DNA of 40,589 bases from Eubacteriales bacterium (lineage in GTDB: Bacteria > Bacillota > Clostridia > Oscillospirales > CAG-272), in NCBI GenBank assembly GCA_045533845.1, contig JAZSIN010000028.1, forward strand, positions 1-40,589. Reading direction: 5' to 3'. Shown in pieces: positions 14,940 to 23,564 of the stretch. Position 1 is the first letter of the stretch; each line of letters opens with the position of its first letter. The position numbers and the translations under genes were made by a program. Under the pieces are notes generated by a model. It was not told the DNA's origin. It saw only the letters and a list, made by a program, of their open reading frames with translations, and searched no databases.

Positions 14940-15647
14940 TCAAAAATCAAATTCTGCACGCGCGTCGCGAAGCTTTTTGCGAATCCGCGTGATCGCATTC
15001 GACACGGACTTTTCGCTTTTTCCAACCGCCTGCGCGATCTCCCGAACACTCGCGGCGCCGACATAGTGGCACCAGATCGTGTACTCAAACGGAGACAGGA
15101 GACGGCGGATCACCTCATACGTACAGCGTATGCGCTCCTCCTCGAGAAAGGCAGGGACGGTCTCGTCCGAGCAAAGCTCTTCGGGAACCTCCCGAAGCTC
15201 CGCCTCCTTACGCTTATTGTACGCACGCATATACGACACCATTCGGTTGGTCATACAGATCTGCGCGTAAAGCCCAAAGCTGACCTTGTCCTGTGAGAGA
15301 TCGAAGGACAGCGCTGCGCGGTAAAGGCCCATCAGAGCCTCCTGACGAACATCGTCTCGGTCGGTATCCGAACCAAGCTCGGCGGAAAATAGCTCCACGG
15401 TCCTCTCGTTCAGCTGAAGATAAAGCTCCATGAGTGCATCAAAGCCGCTGTGCTCGCTTCCCTCGGCGCTTCGGATCTGCAAAAGAAGCGTACGAACGGC
15501 GTCCGAGGTCTCGCTCGTCGGCACCTCACTTCTCTTCTCGCGATCCATCATGCTTCCACTCTCCCGGGTACTTGCATCATACACAATCCCCTTTGGAATT
15601 GTGCGGTCTCTCCTCGCATAAACGCTTTCGTCTACGAAAGTGGACAT
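14940..15647 (-). CDS. sigma-70-family RNA polymerase sigma factor (divergent, SigH/ECF-sized)
   Basis: Region 2 reads DDVRQEALMGLYRAALSFD...FGLYAQICMTNRMVSYMR. Region 4 HTH reads LSPFEYTIWCHYVGAASVREIAQAVGKSEKSVSNAITRIRKKL. The start is uncertain. The ATG at 15647 abuts the promoter -10. The ATG at 15551 (MMDREK) has a GGGAGAG RBS. Confidence 0.8.
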   Translation of the reverse strand: MSTFVDESVYARRDRTIPKGIVYDASTRESGSMMDREKRSEVPTSETSDAVRTLLLQIRSAEGSEHSGFDALMELYLQLNERTVELFSAELGSDTDRDDVRQEALMGLYRAALSFDLSQDKVSFGLYAQICMTNRMVSYMRAYNKRKEAELREVPEELCSDETVPAFLEEERIRCTYEVIRRLLSPFEYTIWCHYVGAASVREIAQAVGKSEKSVSNAITRIRKKLRDARAEFDF

Positions 15648-15651
15648 CCTA

Positions 15652-15680
15652 ATTATAATATTAAAATTATATAATGTCAA
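15652..15680 (-). promoter_or_regulatory. perfect consensus sigma-A promoter for the sigma-factor gene
   Basis: Minus strand: TTGACA (15680-15675), a 17-nt spacer, then TATAAT (15657-15652). Only 4 nt (TAGG) separate it from the ATG at 15647. Confidence 0.55.
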
Positions 15681-15910
15681 GGGGGTTTTCAAAAATATTT
15701 TTGTTGAAGCAGTACACATTTTTCCCTTTTTGTACATTTCGTCCAAATTCGAAACATTCGTTCTGTGGATTTTTCTGTTTTACCCCTTTTTTCGCCGTTG
15801 TTTTCTACTGAAAGGAGTCGAAAACTTTGGTACTTATACCAATATAAGCACTACCTTTTTGCCCCCAAAAATCGATGAAATAGTCCTTTTTTTCGCCTAC
15901 ATCACCCCTC

Positions 15911-15935
15911 AAAAAAGCGGCCGATGACGGACCGC
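15911..15935 (-). terminator. Rho-independent terminator after the DUF4364-like gene
   Basis: Minus strand: GCGGTC-CGTCATC-GGCCGC followed by T6. Confidence 0.5.
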
Positions 15936-15980
15936 ACGAGGGCGTCCGAAATCGACCGCAAGGGATCAAAAAATATAACG

Positions 15981-16517
15981 TCAAAGCAAATAATTCACAT
16001 TTCCCGAGAGAAGTGCGACGGTTCCGCGATAGATCGCCTCGGGGCGTTTGCGGAAATTCTGCTCCATCTGGATCGCACGGGCACGGCTGTCGACAAGGAT
16101 GCGATTCTCAACGAGCAGAACGCCCTTTTCGGTCACACCGCAAATAAACCAGAATCGTCCATCCTCGGTATCCTCAATGCGGCTATGCAGAGTAATATCG
16201 CGCTTTTGGAAATCAAGGAAGCGAAGCGCCGCGGCAAGTGCATTTTCGAGAACGGTCGGCGTGCGGGATCTTCCGAGCTCCTCGCAAACGACGCACCCCT
16301 TCTCGGTGACGACATAAAGCGGCTCGCCCCGTTCGTTCTTCCCCTCCTCGCGCACCATATCGGTATCGACAAGCTCGGCAAACGCCTCGGCAAAATCAAG
16401 ATAGATCACGTAATCGGTTTGGAGGATCATATCGCTGATCGAAATATAATCAAGCGGATACCCCACGTTCTGCATCAGATACAGAACGAAAATACGAACC
16501 GTCTCACTGCTTTTCAT
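15981..16517 (-). CDS. DUF4364-like protein
   Basis: ~178 aa from MKSSETVRIFVLYLMQNVGYPLDYISISDMILQTDYVIYLDFAEAFAELVDTDMV. The pattern resembles the Clostridial DUF4364 family. RBS AAGAGAGG lies 9 nt upstream of the ATG at 16517. Confidence 0.65.
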   Translation of the reverse strand: MKSSETVRIFVLYLMQNVGYPLDYISISDMILQTDYVIYLDFAEAFAELVDTDMVREEGKNERGEPLYVVTEKGCVVCEELGRSRTPTVLENALAAALRFLDFQKRDITLHSRIEDTEDGRFWFICGVTEKGVLLVENRILVDSRARAIQMEQNFRKRPEAIYRGTVALLSGNVNYLL

Positions 16518-16584
16518 CGGACAACGCCTCTCTTTCATAGGAAAACAACAATTCACACATAAATAAATATCTATTATTGAAAAT

Positions 16585-16613
16585 ATTCTACCACATTCCG
16601 AAAAAAAATGCAA
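16585..16613 (-). promoter_or_regulatory. sigma-A-type promoter (extended -10) for the DUF4364-like gene
   Basis: Minus strand: TTGCAT (16613-16608), a 17-nt spacer, then TGg-TAGAAT (-10 at 16590-16585). Confidence 0.45.
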
Positions 16614-16621
16614 TAGAAAAC

Positions 16622-16650
16622 TTGCTTTTTACGCTAAAATGTGGTAAAAT
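16622..16650 (+). promoter_or_regulatory. sigma-A-type promoter (extended -10) for hom
   Basis: TTGCTT (16622-16627), a 17-nt spacer, then TGg-TAAAAT (-10 at 16645-16650). Confidence 0.5.
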
Positions 16651-16718
16651 ATAAGAGAAAGACAATACGCCGCACATCCTCGTCGCGGCAAAATCCAAAG
16701 AAAGTAAGGGTCCCCACT

Positions 16719-17942
16719 ATGGCAATCAATCTCGCGATCCTCGGCTTCGGCGTCATCGGCAGCGGTGTCGCAGAGGTCCTCACCGAAAATAAAAAGCTCA
16801 TCGAATCCCGCATCGGCAAGGAGATCAACATCAAATACATCCTCGACCTGCGCGAATTCAAGGGGCATCCGCTCGAGCACCTCGTCGTGCACGATTTTAG
16901 TGTGATCCTGAATGACCCCGAGGTGTCGGTCGTTGCAGAGATGATGGGCGGCTCGCACCCCGCGTACGACTTCTCGAAGGCGTGCATCGAAGCGGGCAAG
17001 AGCGTCGTTACGTCCAACAAAGAGGTCGTCGCCCGCTTTGGCGCAGAGCTTCAGCATCTCGCAAAGAAGCACGGCGTACGCTATCTCTTCGAGGCGAGCG
17101 TTGGCGGCGGCATTCCGATCATCCGCCCGATGATGCACGACCTGCAATCGAACGAGATCGTTTCGGTCAGCGGCATTCTGAACGGAACGACGAACTATAT
17201 CCTTACCCAAATGATCGAGAACGGCGTTTCCTTTGAAAGCGCACTTCGTGACGCGCAAGCAAAGGGCTATGCCGAGAAGGACCCCACCGCCGACGTCGAG
17301 GGACTTGACGCCGCGCGTAAGATCGTCATTCTCGCGGCACTCGCATTCGGCGAGATCCTCCGCCCCGAGGACATTCACGTCGAGGGCATCACCCATCTGA
17401 CGCTTGACGACGTCAAGGTCGCAGAGGCGTTCGGCGCTTCGCTGAAGCTCATCGGACACACCGAGAAGATCGACGGCAGGGTGCTTTGTATGGTCTCCCC
17501 CCGCATCGTACCGAGACAGAATCCCCTGTCGGGCGTTTCGGACGTGTTCAACGGCGTGCTCGTCGACGCGAATATGGTAGACAAGGTCATGTTCTACGGC
17601 AGAGGCGCGGGCAAGCTTCCCACGGCATCCGCAGTTGTCGCCGATCTGATCGATGTCTGGCAGACCGACGCTCGGGACGTACGCGAGGTCGTATGGATGC
17701 CCGTAGAGAAGGACGCGACCGCATCCTTCAAGGACTACGCCTGCCGCAACGTCGTGATCTGCTCGGGCTCTGCTGAAAACGCCTCCGCAGCTTCCGCACA
17801 CTTCGGCGGCGCTGAGGTAAAGGCGTTCCCCTCCCTCGGACTTCTCGCAGTTATGACCGAAAAGCAAACCGAGGAAACGGCAGACGCGTTCATCGCATCC
17901 GCTCCCCTCACGGTCGTAAAGCGCATCCGCGTACTCGATTGA
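16719..17942 (+). CDS. hom: homoserine dehydrogenase
   Basis: The start is taken at MAINLAILGFGVIGSGVAEVL (Rossmann GxGxxG). The catalytic-domain pattern includes GILNGTTNYILT and YAEKDPTADVEGLDAARKI. The C-terminal part is ACT-like. Confidence 0.9.
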   Translation: MAINLAILGFGVIGSGVAEVLTENKKLIESRIGKEINIKYILDLREFKGHPLEHLVVHDFSVILNDPEVSVVAEMMGGSHPAYDFSKACIEAGKSVVTSNKEVVARFGAELQHLAKKHGVRYLFEASVGGGIPIIRPMMHDLQSNEIVSVSGILNGTTNYILTQMIENGVSFESALRDAQAKGYAEKDPTADVEGLDAARKIVILAALAFGEILRPEDIHVEGITHLTLDDVKVAEAFGASLKLIGHTEKIDGRVLCMVSPRIVPRQNPLSGVSDVFNGVLVDANMVDKVMFYGRGAGKLPTASAVVADLIDVWQTDARDVREVVWMPVEKDATASFKDYACRNVVICSGSAENASAASAHFGGAEVKAFPSLGLLAVMTEKQTEETADAFIASAPLTVVKRIRVLD

Positions 17943-17960
17943 TCCTTTTCAGCGAAACAA

Positions 17961-17994
17961 AGCCGGTCGGCTCCCCTGTCGACCGGCTTTTTAC
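17961..17994 (+). terminator. Rho-independent terminator after hom
   Basis: AAGCCGGTCG-loop-CGACCGGCTT followed by TTTT. Confidence 0.7.
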
Positions 17995-18049
17995 GGAATC
18001 CCCCTCTCTCCTCCCCGAATCAAAATACACACGAAAATAAGGAGTTCGA

Positions 18050-19654
18050 ATGATTACAGTATCGAATCTGAGCTTTCAGTATGACAGTCACGTTCTCTTC
18101 AAGAACGTCGACCTGAAGTTCACCCCCGGAAACTGCTACGGCATCATTGGCGCAAACGGCGCGGGAAAGACCACCTTCTTCAAGCTTCTCGCAGGCGAGC
18201 TCGAGCCGACGAAGGGCGACATCTCCATTCCCGAAAACCTCCGTATGTCGGTCCTGAAGCAGGACCACTTCGCCTTCGACGAATATTCCGTCCTTGACAC
18301 GGTCATTATGGGCAATGAGAAGCTCTACGCCATTATGAAGGAGAAGGACGCGATCTACGAGAAGGAGGACTTCTCGGATGAGGACGGCGTTCGCGCATCC
18401 GAGCTCGAGGCGGAATTTGCCGAAATGGGCGGATGGGAGGCAGAAACCGATGCCTCGCGCCTCATTCAGGGCCTCGGGCTCCCGATCGACCTGCTTTACG
18501 CGCAGATGAGCGACCTCAAGGAAAGTGAAAAGGTCAAGGTCCTGCTCGCTCAGGCACTCTTTGGAAACCCCGCCGTGATCCTCCTCGACGAGCCGACGAA
18601 CGGTCTTGACATCAACGCCGTGATGTGGCTCGAGGACTTCCTCGCCGATTATTTCGGCACCGTCCTCGTGATCTCGCACGACCGTCACTTTCTGAACGAC
18701 GTCTGCACGAACATCGTCGACATCGACTTTAATGCGATCAAGATGTACGTCGGAAACTACGAGTTCTGGTACGAATCGAGCCAGCTCGTTCAGCGTATGA
18801 TGAAGCAGCAGAACAAGAAGAACGAGGAGAAGAGCCGCGAGCTGCAGGAATTCATCTCCCGCTTCTCCGCAAACAAATCGAAATCCCGTCAGGCGACCTC
18901 TCGCCGCAAGCTGCTTGACAAGCTCACGGTCGAGGAGATCCCCGCATCGAGCCGTCGCTATCCCTTCATCGGCTTCGATATGGATCGCGCCCCCGGCAAG
19001 GACATTCTATTCGTACGCGGCATCTCGAAATCGCAGAACGGAACACCTCTGATCAAGGATCTATCCTTCACCGTAAACAAGGACGAGAAGATCGCGTTCG
19101 TCGGAAACGAGCCCGCGATCACGGCACTCTTCCGCATTCTGATGGAGGAGGATACCCCCGACGAGGGCGACTTCAAGTGGGGCATCAGCATCACAAAGTC
19201 CTATTTTCCGCACGATAACAGCGAATACTTCAACGGTCACAAGGAGACGATCCTCGATTGGCTCCGCCCCTACTCGAAGGATCAGACCGAGAGCTACCTG
19301 CGCGGCTTCCTCGGTCGTATGCTCTTCTCGGGCGACGCGGTCTATAAGCCCGTCGACGTCCTCTCGGGCGGTGAGAAGGTACGGTGTATGTTCTCGCGTA
19401 TGATGCTCTTCGGCTCGAACATGCTGGTCGTCGATCAGCCGACCGACCACCTCGACCTCGAGTCGATCTCGGCAGTCAACCACGGACTTGCGAATTTTAA
19501 GGGCAACATCCTCTTCTCCTCGCATGACTACGAGCTCGTGAACACGGTCGCGAACCGCATTATCGAGATCCTGCCCGGCGGCGAATGGAGAGATTTCCTC
19601 GGCACCTACGACGAATACGTCGAGCGCAAAAAGGCGGAAGCCGAAGCCGAATAA
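18050..19654 (+). CDS. ABC-F family ATPase (two fused ABC domains, no TMD; YbiT/Uup-like translation factor)
   Basis: 534 aa with two Walker A motifs (GANGAGKTT and a degenerate second one). There are two signature/Walker B pairs (SEKVKV...ILLDEPTNGLD and SGGEKVR...LVVDQPTDHLD). A basic inter-domain linker reads QQNKKNEEKSRELQEFISRF. Confidence 0.9.
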   Translation: MITVSNLSFQYDSHVLFKNVDLKFTPGNCYGIIGANGAGKTTFFKLLAGELEPTKGDISIPENLRMSVLKQDHFAFDEYSVLDTVIMGNEKLYAIMKEKDAIYEKEDFSDEDGVRASELEAEFAEMGGWEAETDASRLIQGLGLPIDLLYAQMSDLKESEKVKVLLAQALFGNPAVILLDEPTNGLDINAVMWLEDFLADYFGTVLVISHDRHFLNDVCTNIVDIDFNAIKMYVGNYEFWYESSQLVQRMMKQQNKKNEEKSRELQEFISRFSANKSKSRQATSRRKLLDKLTVEEIPASSRRYPFIGFDMDRAPGKDILFVRGISKSQNGTPLIKDLSFTVNKDEKIAFVGNEPAITALFRILMEEDTPDEGDFKWGISITKSYFPHDNSEYFNGHKETILDWLRPYSKDQTESYLRGFLGRMLFSGDAVYKPVDVLSGGEKVRCMFSRMMLFGSNMLVVDQPTDHLDLESISAVNHGLANFKGNILFSSHDYELVNTVANRIIEILPGGEWRDFLGTYDEYVERKKAEAEAE

Positions 19655-19703
19655 AAAAAAAAGAGCGGCGCATCTGCAAAACGCAGATGCGCCGCTCTTT
19701 TTA
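19653..19703. terminator. bidirectional terminator between convergent genes
   Basis: A10-AAGAGCGGCGCATCTGC-AAAAC-GCAGATGCGCCGCTCTT-TTTTA (17-bp perfect stem). Confidence 0.8.
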
Positions 19704-19728
19704 TGTAAGAAACGCGTAAGAACTCCGG

Positions 19729-20586
19729 TTACGGAGCAAGGGTGAGGACGCCATCCGTGCAGGAGACCTCCGCAAGCGCTGAATCGGACCTCCAATCCGA
19801 GAAGCACAGAACGCGCGAGAATTCCTCCTTCGTGCCGCCGTAATCCAACGATCTGAGCTCCGCACACCCCTTAAACGACCACTCGGAAAAGCAAACCACA
19901 TTTTTCGGGACGTTCACTTTCGTAAGCGCACGGCAGTCCTCGAAGGTGTTCGGCATAACGCGCGAAAGCCTGCTCGGGAGCGTGATCTCCGACAGCGACC
20001 AGCACGCCTTGAAGGCGCACTTCCCGAGCGACGAAAGCTCCTTACCAAAGGTGGCTCTCGTGACGTTGTAGCAACCCGCAAACGCCTCCTCGCCGACCAT
20101 CTTCACGTTGTCGGGAAGAAGGATCTCGGAAAGCGCGCGACAGGACTGAAACGCCTTCGAGCCAATACTCGTCAGCGTCGAGGGAAGCTTGATCTCGCGA
20201 AGACGCTCGCATCCGCTAAACGCGCCCGACGAGATCACCGTAAGCCCCTCGGGAAGCTCTACGGTCCTGAGCTCCTTGCAGTTCTTGAATGCCCAGATCC
20301 CGACGCCCTTCACGCTTTCGGGCAGGACGACAGACTTGATCGATTCTCCGTAAAAGGCAGATGCCTCCACCTCCGTAACGGGAAGCTCCCCGTACGTGCT
20401 CGGGACAACGACGCGGGAATCCTTGCACGTTCCAAGTCCGCTGACCGAGTAGGACGCCTGATCCGCTCGCAGCGTGAACTCAAGTCCCTCGCTCGGCTTC
20501 TCCTTCCCGTCACACGCCGCGAAATATGAAATTGATGTCAACAAAAGAAGGAGGAGTATGATCCCCGCTACGATCCGTTTCACCAT
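19729..20586 (-). CDS. BspA-type leucine-rich-repeat surface lipoprotein
   Basis: 285 aa with a signal peptide and lipobox (LLLLLTSISYFAAC). Repeats of ~23 aa follow the pattern I.LP..V..IG..AF..C..L..I. Confidence 0.8.
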   Translation of the reverse strand: MVKRIVAGIILLLLLLTSISYFAACDGKEKPSEGLEFTLRADQASYSVSGLGTCKDSRVVVPSTYGELPVTEVEASAFYGESIKSVVLPESVKGVGIWAFKNCKELRTVELPEGLTVISSGAFSGCERLREIKLPSTLTSIGSKAFQSCRALSEILLPDNVKMVGEEAFAGCYNVTRATFGKELSSLGKCAFKACWSLSEITLPSRLSRVMPNTFEDCRALTKVNVPKNVVCFSEWSFKGCAELRSLDYGGTKEEFSRVLCFSDWRSDSALAEVSCTDGVLTLAP

Positions 20587-20661
20587 TTCCCTATCCTCTC
20601 GGAAATTTAATAAAAAGCCGAGAGGGACGCTCGTAAGCCCCCCTCGTGTCGGTTCTGCCCG

Positions 20662-21096
20662 TTATTCTGCGTTTCCGCTTACCCGATTGTAATTCGAGCG
20701 CGGATTGACGTAAGCTCTCCAATCGAGATCTCCGCGGTCGAGCGCGCAAACGAGCACCTCTGCCGTCGCGATATTCGTCGCAACGGGAATGTTATACATA
20801 TCACACATACGGAGAAGCTCCATATCCGATTCCTTCAGAACGGAGTCTGCGCGGGTGTCGCGAAAATACAGAAGAAGGTCGATCTCGTTATAGGAGATGC
20901 GCGATGCGATCTGCGCTTCGCCGCCCTGCTCGCCCGTCATCAGGCGCTCGATCTCGAGTCCCGTTGCTTCGGAAATATACTTTGCCGTAATATTCGTCGC
21001 GCACAGGCTGTGCTTACTGAGAATGCCGCAGTATGCGATGCAAAACTGCGTCATCAGCTCCTTTTTCATATCGTGCGCAATGATTGCGATCTCCAT
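20662..21096 (-). CDS. mgsA: methylglyoxal synthase-like (MGS-like domain) protein
   Basis: 144 aa. IAIIAHDMKKELM, GGEAQIASRI, LLLYFRD and NIPVATNIATAE are collinear with MgsA. The expected ATGTTG phosphate-binding motif reads CATNITA. RBS AGGAGG. Confidence 0.7.
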   Translation of the reverse strand: MEIAIIAHDMKKELMTQFCIAYCGILSKHSLCATNITAKYISEATGLEIERLMTGEQGGEAQIASRISYNEIDLLLYFRDTRADSVLKESDMELLRMCDMYNIPVATNIATAEVLVCALDRGDLDWRAYVNPRSNYNRVSGNAE

Positions 21097-21165
21097 TTAT
21101 GATATCCTCCTTACCGCCGTACGTTGCGTCCTGGGAAATTCGTATTCCCCGTCCATTGTGCGACT

Positions 21166-21195
21166 ATTATACCATACCCTGAACGGATTTGTCAA
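21166..21195 (-). promoter_or_regulatory. sigma-A promoter (extended -10) for the MGS-like gene
   Basis: Minus strand: TTGACA (21195-21190), an 18-nt spacer, then TGg-TATAAT (-10 at 21171-21166). Confidence 0.5.
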
Positions 21196-21304
21196 GAGCT
21201 TTTGAACTTTTTTACGAAAAATTCCCCATTTTCTCTCGAAAATTTAGTGAATATTTCTTCTTCCGTGCTTTTTTGATCGTTTTATCACGACCGGACGCCG
21301 AAGA

Positions 21305-23098
21305 TTACGAGTCGATCGGCTCGAAATCGGAAGCGCCGTGCTTGCAAAGCGGACAGACAAAATCTTCGGGAAGCGGCTCTCCCTCGTAGACATAGCCGCA
21401 GATCTTGCAGACGTATCCCTTCCGTCCCTCGGTCTCGGGACGGGGCTTGACGTTCTCGTGATAGTAGGCGTACGTCATCGTTTCGGCGTTATTGATCACG
21501 CGGCTCTCCTCGACCGAACAGATAAACATTCCGTGGGTGTCGAGATCGACGTACTGCTCAACCTTAAGCGACATAAAGGAATTGATATAGCGCGGCAGAA
21601 AAACGAGACCGTTGTCCGAGCGGAGCGTCTCGTAATCCGCAAACTTATCCTCGCTTCTTCCGCTTCGGAAGCCAAACTGCCGGAACACGTGGAAGGGTGC
21701 ATCGACCGTAAGACAGTTAACGTTCATTTTTCCGCTTTGACGGATGATGTGATGCGAATAATTATCCTTGTTGATCGTAACGGCGATCCTGTTCGGCGCG
21801 TTCGTCACCTGCGTCACCGTATTTACGATCAGCCCGTTGTCCTTTTTTCCGTCATTCGAGGTGACGACGTAAAGACCGTATCCGATGTTAAACAGCGCCG
21901 TAGGGTCGTTCTTATTCGCCGTCGCACCCTGCTGTGCGAGATATTCCTGTGAAAGCTCACTTGCAAGTGCCGTAAGAGCCTCCTTGCTCTCGTCGCTGAG
22001 CGCAGAGAGAAGCTTCACACCCGTCTCGGCAAACGTAAGATTCTTACAGCCCTCCAGCATCCCCCGCATCACCTTTGCGGCAAGGGGTGCCCAGCTACCG
22101 TTTTCGATGAGGGCGACCGTTCTGTTCGAGAAATTCCGCTCCGTGAGATGCTCGATAAAATCGCGCATATAGGGGAAGATCCCCGCATTATACGTCGTGG
22201 TCGCAAGGACGAGCTTCGAGTAGCAGAAGGCGTCCGATACCGCCTCGGCAAGATCACAGCGTGCGAGATCGTGGACGATCACCTCAGGGCAGCCGTTTGC
22301 TCTCAGCTGATCCGCGAGCTGCAGCACCGCGCGGCGCGTGTTTCCGTACACCGACGTGTACGCGATTACGATGCCCTCGCGTTCGGGACGGTAGCTCGAC
22401 CAGATGTTGTAAAGGTTCAGATAATATCCGAGATTCTCGGAAAGCACGGGGCCGTGGAGGGGGCAGATCGTCCTGATGTCGAGCTTCGTCGCCTTCCGAA
22501 GAAGGCCCTGCACCTGTGCGCCGTATTTTCCGACGATGCCGATATAGTAGCGTCTCGCCTCGTCCGCCCAATCCTCCACCACGTCGAGGGCACCGAATTT
22601 TCCGAATCCGTCTGCCGAGAACAGGATCTTATCGGTGCTGTCGTAGGTCACGATGACCTCGGGCCAATGCACCATCGGGGCAGTCACAAAGGTGAGCTCG
22701 TGGCGTCCGAGCGAAAGGGTATCGCCCTCTCCGACGACAAGCTGTCTGTCCTCGAACGCGCTTCCGAAGAAGTTCTTCATCATCGCAAACGCCTTCGCGG
22801 AGGAAACGATCCTTGCGCCCGGATAGTTCTTCACAAAATTCACGATATTTGCCGAATGATCGGGCTCCATATGCTGAACCACAAGATAATCGGGCTGTCT
22901 GCCGTCAAGGGCATCGCGGATGTTATCGAGCCACTCGTGCGTAAAGCGCTGATCGACCGTGTCGAATATCGCGATCTTTTCGTCGATGATCGCGTAAGAA
23001 TTATACGAGATCCCGTTCGGGACTGCGTACTGACCCTCAAAAAGATCGATCGCGTGATCGTTCACGCCAATATATTTCACATCATTTGTAATATACAC
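21305..23098 (-). CDS. multidomain flavodiiron protein (metallo-beta-lactamase-like diiron, flavodoxin-like, flavin-reductase-like and rubredoxin modules)
   Basis: 597 aa with a GTG start and an AGGAGG RBS. The diiron motif is [10 protein letters not shown]. The flavodoxin-like part starts [14 protein letters not shown]. The flavin-reductase-like part includes [24 protein letters not shown]. The C-terminal rubredoxin reads [13 protein letters not shown]...FVCPLCKHG. Confidence 0.88.
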   Translation of the reverse strand: MYITNDVKYIGVNDHAIDLFEGQYAVPNGISYNSYAIIDEKIAIFDTVDQRFTHEWLDNIRDALDGRQPDYLVVQHMEPDHSANIVNFVKNYPGARIVSSAKAFAMMKNFFGSAFEDRQLVVGEGDTLSLGRHELTFVTAPMVHWPEVIVTYDSTDKILFSADGFGKFGALDVVEDWADEARRYYIGIVGKYGAQVQGLLRKATKLDIRTICPLHGPVLSENLGYYLNLYNIWSSYRPEREGIVIAYTSVYGNTRRAVLQLADQLRANGCPEVIVHDLARCDLAEAVSDAFCYSKLVLATTTYNAGIFPYMRDFIEHLTERNFSNRTVALIENGSWAPLAAKVMRGMLEGCKNLTFAETGVKLLSALSDESKEALTALASELSQEYLAQQGATANKNDPTALFNIGYGLYVVTSNDGKKDNGLIVNTVTQVTNAPNRIAVTINKDNYSHHIIRQSGKMNVNCLTVDAPFHVFRQFGFRSGRSEDKFADYETLRSDNGLVFLPRYINSFMSLKVEQYVDLDTHGMFICSVEESRVINNAETMTYAYYHENVKPRPETEGRKGYVCKICGYVYEGEPLPEDFVCPLCKHGASDFEPIDS

Positions 23099-23179
23099 GG
23101 TATTCCTCCTTGGGTTGTTTTCCCTTCAATACTAGACAAACTCCCTACGTATTATTCCGACTAAACGGAGAAACTCGAA

Positions 23180-23530
23180 TTATTCGTTCGGTTCAGCACA
23201 AAAATACTCCTCAAGTGCAAGCAGGAGTGCCGATTCGAAATCCTCCGCAGCTCCCCAATCGATCCCAAGAAGCCCGCCGCTCGCACCTGCGGCGACGAAA
23301 AAGACCTCGCTCCGTCCCTTTCCTGCGGGACTGCACAGCACCGTCATCGTCATTCTGTTGGAATTACGCCACGAATATTTCTCGAATACGCCGACGATCG
23401 TTTCGCTTTTATCCGAATTTCGCACGGTGTGCGAGGTGATTTCCTCCGAAGAAAAGAACCGCTCGGTGAGACCGCTGTATATCTTATCGTACGCCTCGCG
23501 AGGCGATAAACGGACGTATCGAACTGCCAT
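23180..23530 (-). CDS. hypothetical protein (116 aa)
   Basis: It has a good RBS (GAAAGGGAG) and a protein-like composition. It is co-directional and tightly spaced with its neighbours. I recognise no motif. Confidence 0.6.
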   Translation of the reverse strand: MAVRYVRLSPREAYDKIYSGLTERFFSSEEITSHTVRNSDKSETIVGVFEKYSWRNSNRMTMTVLCSPAGKGRSEVFFVAAGASGGLLGIDWGAAEDFESALLLALEEYFCAEPNE

Positions 23531-23564
23531 ATGCTTCTCCCTTTCTCAGCTTTGAACGAGTAAC

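Noticed and set aside
15640-15927. 95-aa plus-strand ORF in the AT-rich spacer upstream of the sigma-factor gene
   Set aside because: The Phe/Ile/Leu-rich translation is typical of AT-rich non-coding DNA. It has no RBS and overlaps the minus-strand promoter and terminator.
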